Shown: one piece after another, positions 20,401 to 29,400 of the stretch
Layout: every line of letters starts with the position of its first letter
Numbering within the stretch: the first letter of the stretch is position 1
DNA from: Patescibacteria group bacterium
Lineage (GTDB): Bacteria > Patescibacteriota > Patescibacteriia > Magasanikbacterales > UBA922
DNA: 64,000 bases
Assembly: GCA_041651535.1 (NCBI GenBank)
Contig: JBAZIZ010000002.1
Span: 82,059-146,058, forward strand
Reading direction: 5' to 3'
Made by a program: the position numbers and the translations under genes
The notes under the pieces: generated by a model
Told to the model about the DNA's origin: nothing
Seen by the model: only the letters and a program-made list of their open reading frames with translations
Database searches by the model: none

Positions 20401-23400
20401 GCAGAGCAGTCACTACACCTGCTGTAGTTGTAGCTGGAGCATAAATTTCAAAATGTAAATCAGAAATTTCAGCAATCGCTTCATTTGAATAACTAGAAAA
20501 TAATTCACTATTATTTGCAGTTTCTCCGATATGAGCTCTGACTCGATATTTATAGGTATTTGAAGAAGTTGAAGAAACAGTATGTAAATAAGTTCTGATA
20601 TTTTGTCCAGTTTGATCGTTGCCAGAATCTATTTCATTCCACGAACCACTATTTATTGATTCTTCTATTCTAAATCCGCTTTCAAACAAAGAATTATCCA
20701 CCCAACTTATTTGAACTTGGGTTTCATTTACTATTGCAGAAATTACAGAAGATGGAGCAACTGGAGTTGTATATTCATAAATAGAATAAGAATCATCAGA
20801 ATAAATTCCATCACTAGTTTTTGCTTTGACATTATATAAAAATCTGTTATTTGTTGTTATTTGGTAAGTATCACTATATGGTGAAGAAACAGAATAAAAA
20901 GAATTTGATTCATTACTTGTAAAATAATAATCACTACGGAAAATTCTATGTTCATTTGTAATTCCAGTTTGTGAAGTATAATAAACTGAAAATTGGCTGG
21001 AACTTATTCTTTTAGCATAAACATTTATTGGGGCATCAGGTTTTGTAAAATGATAATTAACTTCTGTTGCCCAATCAGAATAACCAATTGAATTAAATCC
21101 TCTAACTCGATATTTTATTTTACTATCTAACGAAACAGAATAATCTCGTGTATTATGAATATTAGCTGAGGTTGTAGTAGCTAAAGACCAATCACCTTCA
21201 GCACAACTAGCTCCAGAACTTGCTAAAACACATTTTTGAATTTCATAACCTGTTTCTACAACTGAATTATCACTCCAACCGATACTGAAATAGGATCCTT
21301 CTTCATCAGAATTCAAAGATGATGCCACACCACTTGGTTTATTTGGAATACCAATCACAGTTAAATAAATTTCACCATTTGCTGAACCGTTATTTACATA
21401 AAGATAAACTGTATTTCTGTCATTTATATTTGATAAAGTCACACTACCTTCCCAAATTCCATCATCAGTAAAATCAGCTTCCGCAATTCCAACCGGACTA
21501 ATGTCACCAATACTAGAACTTATATAAGTATTACCAAGCACAGCAGTTGTCGTATTTAAATATTCATCAAAAGCAGTAACACTTAAAGTAAAAGGAATTG
21601 TTGAAGTCACGGTAGACTGTTGGCTAGAAATAGTAAAACTATCAACTGATGCTGGATCAACTGAGACTCGAAGTTGATAAGAATTATTTTCTGCAGTTGA
21701 ATATGCTAATGTATCGGCATCAATATTATAAGAACCAACTGCTGGTAAAAACATATTTATTTCTGCTTCTCCATTTATAAAATTGATTGAAGTTATTGAA
21801 CCAAAATCAATTTGTTCACCATTAAAATTAATAACTGTTGGCTCAACTCCAGTAATTGATGAAGATGCTCCAGAAAAATAAACATTTTTTTCACCATTAT
21901 AATCACTGACAATATTTCCTCCGCTATCTTTTAAAGCCAAAGTAACTGTGGTTGTAGTTCCGGCTGTAGTTGTAATATCATTTAACGGAGAAAATTCAAA
22001 ATGATAACTTTGTGGTGAAAATACTTCTGTATATTCAGAAAATACTTCTGGAGCAAAAGTGTTTCCAGCAATATGAGATCGAACTCTAAATTGATAATCA
22101 TTGTTTAAATCTACATCAACTAAATCATAAGTTGTAATATTTGCTCCAACAGTATTAGTACTAGTAGTTATTTCACTCCATCCCCCACCATTTATTGAAA
22201 CTTCAATTCTAAATCCATCTTCATAATTTGAATCATCGTCCCAACTTAAACTAATTACAGTAGAGGTACTAAAAATTGCTGCTTGATTTATTGGTTTATT
22301 TGGTTGAGTATAAACATATTCTGTTCCACCAACATAACTTGAATACAAAGCTCCGTTACGCACTGTAGCTGAAATAGCTGAACGCATTTTGAAACGATAA
22401 GCATTATCAGGAGTAGAACTTGCAAAAGAAAAACCAGTCATATCAGCACCAACAGTTGTAATACCATTATTATAAATAGGAGTAAAAACACTAGAAGAAG
22501 CTACAGCATATTCAAGTAAATAACCTGATTCATAAAGTGCGTTATCAGTCCAAACAAATGAAATAGTATTTGATGTTGCTTCAGAAGCATAAAAAGCAGA
22601 AGGTGCTGCTGGTGAAGTAAATTCATAAGCTGAATATACATCACTAGAAATCAAACTTTCTGGAGATGGAGTTTCTGAATGAGAAACATATTTATAACGA
22701 TTATTAGCTAACAAACTTGCAGTGTCCGCATAAGGAGAAGAAGATGACTTACCTAAAAAATTAAAAGTTGAAGAATCACAACCTGCACTATCACAACGAG
22801 AAAAAACATGAGTATTTATAACATTAGCATTGTCTGTAAAATACAAATTAAATCTATTGTCATTTACATAAGTCGCATAAAAATTTGTCGGATAATCTGG
22901 TGTAGTATAATGAATTAAATTATCACTAGCTCCATAAGAAGAAACGATACTACCTGACGCAATTATTTGATACATATAACGACGATCAGCTTGTGGAGCA
23001 TCAAGCGGATTATTTGTGGCATTATCTACAAAACTTTGTGTATTAGTGGAAAGTGTCGCAATAGTTACCCATGTGCCTGGCAAACCTGAACCAGTATCTG
23101 TTTTTTTCTGAACTAAATAACCTGTTTCAATAGTACTTCTGTCTTGCCAAGTAATTTCAAATTCATTATCACTAATATAAGAAACTGCAACTGAACCAGG
23201 TGTGTTTGGTCTACCATTAAATAAAAATGAATCACTACCATTTGCTGAACCATTTACAGCCGTAATTACTACTGTTGGATTTTCATAAATATCAGTAACT
23301 GTTATATTACCTGCCCAAATTCCATCATCAGTAAAATTTGTAGCACTAATTATTGCTGGATTTATAGTTCCAGTTAAAACAGAATTTACATAAAGAGAAA

Positions 23401-26400
23401 GATTTGTATTTCCAGAAACACTCAAAGTATTATTATAATATGTGTCTAAAGCATAAACAGTGATCATTGTTGAGGAATTATAATTTATAGTTGCTGGAGC
23501 ATCAATCAAAAATCTATTCAAAGAATTTCCCACAACTGTAACTCCAAGAGAATAGCTATTATCAGCATTAGTTGAATAAAAATTATCTGTCACTTCTAAA
23601 ACAGCGTTTTCTGCTCGATATAAAATTAAATTACAAGAAGCAACACCGTTTGTAAAAGTAATTGTAGTTGTATTACCAAAAACAATTGGGCTATTATTTT
23701 TATCACTACAAGTTGGTACTATACCATTTACAGAAGAAGATGCTCCACTAAAAAATAATTCCTTATCACCAGACCAAAAAGTAGAAGTATTACCATTTAA
23801 ATCTTTTAAAATAATAGAAATAGTTTGTGAATTTCCAGCAATCTGACTACTATTACCTTTTATTTCATAATGAAAATCAGTTGATAAAACTTGTGAGCCG
23901 GCGCTATCACCACTATATAATTCAGAATTATTATCAGTTGCTGAAATGTAAGCTCGAACTTTAAATTGTAAATCATTTTGACTTGTTGGTGAAGAAAATA
24001 AATAAGTTTTTACATTTTGTCCGACTGTGGCTCCAGATATTACTGGTTCAAAATTTGAACCACCATCATAACTTACCTGAATTTCAAAACCATTTTCATA
24101 AGTTGAATTATCTTTCCAAGATAAAAACCATTGATTTGAACTAACTTGATAAAATTTTAAATCTGATGGTGTAGCTGGAGCTGTATATTCATAAGCTGAA
24201 TAAGCAAATGTGGAAGAAACATTAATAATTTCAGTTGCTGGAGCATCTGGAGGAACTATTGCTTTTACTCGATAACGATATCTACTATTACCTGACAAAC
24301 TTGTATCCAAAGTAGAAGTTCCATAAAGAGAAGAAGAAACACTAGAAAAAATATTACTAGCGCAAGAAATTCCCACACATCTATCAAGAGAAAAATAATC
24401 ACTTACTGCTGAATTATCTGTAAAAGTTAAATCAAATTTTAATGGTGAAGAATTATAAGTCGCGAGTAAATTACTTGGAGTACCAGGAACAGTATAATGA
24501 GCTACTGGATCACTGCCATAAGAAACTGAATAACCAACTGAATTAAAAGATCTAACACGATATTTATATCTTTCATTGCTTTGTGGAGGATCAATAATGT
24601 TATTTGCTACATTATCAATAAAACTATTGGTAGCTTGGGTTGTCGTTGCAATTGCTACCCAATTATTTCCAAAACCACTTCCTGTATCAGTATCTCTTTC
24701 TACCACAAAACCACTAGCAACTCCGCCAGAAGTATCACTCCAAGTTATTCTAAAAGAATTTAACGCAAAATAACTTGCAGCAACACCAGAAGGGGCAGTG
24801 GGAATTCCAACAGCTGACAAAAATACACTGCTTGTTGTAATGTTCCCATCATAATCATTATAATAATCAATTCTCAAAGTTTCTAAATTTGTTACGTTAT
24901 TAATCGTAAAATAAGTTTCTGCTAAACCATCATCAGTAAATTCACTAGATGAAACAATTGTTGGGCTAATAGACGCAAAAGTATCAACTGTGCTAGTGAC
25001 TGAAACTTGTGTGTCACTATTTACATAATTTGTTATATTTCCAAAAGCATCTTTAGAAATACTATCAATCGTAAAAGGAATACCAGAGATAACATTTGCT
25101 GATGATGATAAAATAAATTCATTTAAAATTTGAGAACCTACTGTCACTATTAAAGCATAATCATTGGAACCAGAAGTATTAAAATTATTTCCCGAAACAT
25201 CTATTTGAACTGTCTCATTTTTATAAAGTTTAAGAGTCGTTGTCGCTTCCCCATTTATAAAATTTAAAGTGGTAGTAGAACCAAAATTTCTATTATTTTC
25301 AAAGATATCTTTTGCTGTCGGACGATCAGAATATGGACTATTGTTTGCTCCATAAAAAATAATATCGTAATTTCCATTATAGGTACTACTGACTGAACCA
25401 AATTCATCAATCAAAAATATAGAAATAACCAAATCTTCTCCGGCAGTTACACTAGCAGAAGAAGCTCCTGATTTTCTCACTTCATAATGAGGAGGCGCAG
25501 TGACAAAAGTAAAATTTATATTATTACCACTATCGACACAACCATTAATACATAAAACTGCCGAACTATTGAAATTTACTATATCTTTGACATCCAAAAA
25601 TTCTACTGCTCTAGCGCCAGCAAAATCTATATTTGCTTGAGTACCACTGACTGTAGAATGTAAGCTGAGTAAATTGTTTGGAATTCCAGATAAATTTGCC
25701 GAACCTTCGATTTTTATATCTGAGCCAGCAGTAACATATAAAATTTGAGAGGAAGTAACAGTTTTTGTTAAATCATTGAAAACGATAAATCCACCGATAG
25801 TTTGAACTTCACCATTTAAAATCACTAAACCAGAATTAGCATCAAAAATACCTGGAGATAACATCAAAATATTTCCACCTACATATAAAGTAGTAGAAGG
25901 AGCGATAAAATTTCCATTACTACCTTCGAGATTATTATAAATAGAAAAAGAATCCGTAGCTTCATACAAAGGATTAACACTGACCAAATCAGAAATTTCA
26001 CTGACAGGTAAAACACGATAATAAAAAGCTACATCGTCTAAAATACCACTGAAATAATACTGTCCATCTATACGACTTCCTAATCTAGTCAAAGAAAAAG
26101 GAGTAAGTCCAGTAGAAGAAAGACATTGTTCTACTAAAATACCATCACGATAAATTTTCCAATCAACATTACTACCAGTAACATTTATTGTCGAAGTATA
26201 ATGATGCCAACCAGTAGTAAGATTTGTATTACAAGTAATTTGATTAGAAGAAGCATCTCTCAAAGAATTATACAATGTTCCACCAATGTTACTAAAAAAA
26301 TAATCATAAACAGAACCACCAGCAATCGGGACCTGAGTGTTTGAAAGATTAGAATAATTTATCCAAGCAGACACAGAAAATGTTTTATCCAATTCACCAT

Positions 26401-29400
26401 GACTTGCTGAAACATAATCATCTACTCCATCAAAACTTAATCCAAAATTATTTTTTCCAGCTACCCAAGTAGGAGCTAAACTACCAGCGCCTAAAGTCCC
26501 ATGTCTTCCGTTGCCAGATAAATCATTGATTGTGTTTCCACTTCCTTCATCCATGTTCCAATAACTAAGTAGCCCAGATTTTAAATTTCCGGCTAACTTT
26601 TTAACATCTTCAGCTTTGATCGCTTTATTATAAATTTTTACTTCATCTAGAACACCTTTATAAGCACGAGCGCTAGAATAAGCAGAATATCCAAAATATA
26701 AATTACTGGATGCACAAGTATATTTAGACCAAGTGTAGCTACCAGCCAAAACACCGTCAATATACAGACTCATATATCTACCATCATAAGTACCGACCAT
26801 ATGATGCCAATTATTATCAGTTACAACTCCTTTTATGAGACTATAATATCCCACTCCCCAACCACCGCTGTTATCTCCTACTGTATAAGTAATAGTTTTT
26901 GCTGTTTTTTCTTTCAACCCAATAGCCCAACCTGCCAAACCATAATCAGGACCAAATTTTTCAATAAGTGTTGGGTAATCATTTGCTTGTGTACCAGCTT
27001 TCATCCAAAATTCTACGGAAAAATTAGCTGTACAAAAATAATTACTAGCTCCAAAATTTACAAAATCACTACCATCAAAAGAAACAGCTGAGCCAGATTT
27101 TCCACTTGTCCAAGTCGGCGCTGAACCACCAGTACCAAAAACTCCATTCATGCCATTACCTGATTGATCATAAACTGTAGTTCCATTACCTTCGTCCATA
27201 CTCCAATAAGCAATCAAATTATCATTCATATCCCCGACTGTATTAAAAATATCATCACCATCTGTAAAATTTATTTTTAAATTATAATAATAAGGAAATA
27301 AAGTATCATAAAAAGTAGCTAAGCCATCATTATTTCCCACATAAGAAACAGTACCAGAATCAGTATCATTTACTAAATTTGTATATTCATTACCAGCGAC
27401 GTCTAGAGTACCTTCATTAAAAAAATTTGTTGGAGAAGATAAAATCAAAGTATTAGAATTTAAAAACAAAGTTCCATCTTCATTTATTTGTAAATAACCA
27501 TTTACTGTCAAACTAGAATTATTTAAACGAAAAATAGAACCTTCTATACCATTTATTATCATATTACCCACACTACTTGCTGATAAAATATTATAAGTAC
27601 CTGTGTTTGTCCTATAATATTCAACGATACTATTATTAGCAAATTGCGGATAACCGGTATTAAAAGAATAAGTAGCACCGCTCATAAGACGAAGTCTGGC
27701 ATCATTAGCAACTATAAAAGTTGATCCGCTTCCTGTCACTCTAAGACTTTTATCTGATAAATCAAAAGTACCAGAATTTAAAAGTAGATTTTTTGAATTA
27801 TCCATTGTCAAATCTGATAAAAGAAGCAAAGACCCGCCTGTTTTATTTATTCTAATTTCTCCATCAAGACTTGAAACTACGGTATTTAAATTTATATTTT
27901 GTTCATTATCTCCAGAAAAAGTAATAAGTGGTTGAATAAAACCATCAGTAATTTCTAAATTTCCTCTGAGATTTAAATTGGAAACAGTGTTATCTCCATA
28001 AATATATCCTTTACTGATCAAAGTATCACCATATATATTTACAGTATCACTACCAGCAATTTGTAGATAATAAGAATTGCTAGATTTATTGAGTTTAAAA
28101 TTATAAAAATTTATAGACGAAACTACATCTAAAGTCGTATAACTACTTCCTCTAAAATCTACCGTTCCAATCCCTGGATCAAAAATACCACCAGTATGAG
28201 TGAAATTATTATAAAAATAAGCATTACCTTGCGGGGCGTTGAAAATTCCACCAGACAAAGTAAAAAGAGAATTAAAATATAAATTATGAGATCCAAAAGT
28301 AGCAGTTCCATTTGAATGAGTGTAAGAACCAGCAAAATTCCAATTGGTATTAGTAGTGCTTAAATTTCCGCCGGATTGAAAAGAGGCTGTACTAAATTGC
28401 AATTGTCCACCTTGCCCAATGTAATGAGTATTTCCAGCAGTAGTTTCAATAGTATAAGCATAGGTAGTGGCACTTGGACCATAAACAGTGGTAGATGCCC
28501 CAGCAAAAACAAGACGAGGTAAGTATGTTCCACCAGCAATAGACAATGTTTGCGATCCTGTGCCTGCTAAAAGTAATTGCACTATATTTCTCGCACTTGG
28601 AGTTATATATGTTGATTCTACCACTACATCACCTCTTGCTTCCAAAGCTGAATAAGTATTTCCTCCATAAAGCCAGCCGATATTTTTAAGCGTAGTTGTC
28701 CCAGTGACAACTATCCTATCATTATCATCTATTCGTAAATGATAACCAGCATATGATTTATTTAAAACAAAATTATTGAAAGTGACTGAATTTCCAGTAG
28801 TTGCTACTACATTGATATTCTGATCAACAGTAGATCCCACAAAATGCACTGTTCCACTTCCTCCACCAAAGACACCGCCAGTATGAGTGAAATTATTATA
28901 AAAATAAGCATTGCCTTGTGGGGCGTTGAAAATTCCACCAGACAAAGTAAAAAGAGAATTAAAATATAAATTATGAGATCCAAAAGTAGCAGTTCCATTT
29001 GAATGAGTGTAAGAACCAGCAAAATTCCAATTGGTATTAGTAGTGCTTAAATTTCCGCCGGATTGAAAAGAGGCTGTACTAAATTGCAATTGTCCACCTT
29101 GCCCAATGTAATGAGTATTTCCAGCAGTAGTTTCAATAGTATAAGCATAGGTAGTGGCACTTGGACCATAAACAGTGGTAGATGCCCCAGCAAAAACAAG
29201 ACGAGGTAAGTATGTTCCACCAGCAATAGACAATGTTTGCGATCCTGTGCCTGCTAAAAGTAATTGCACTGTATTTCTCGCACTTGGAGTTATATATGTT
29301 GATTCTACCACTACATCACCTCTTGCTTCCAAAGCTGAATAAGTATTTCCTCCATAAAGCCAGCCGACATTTTTAAGCGTAGTTGTCCCAGTGACAACTA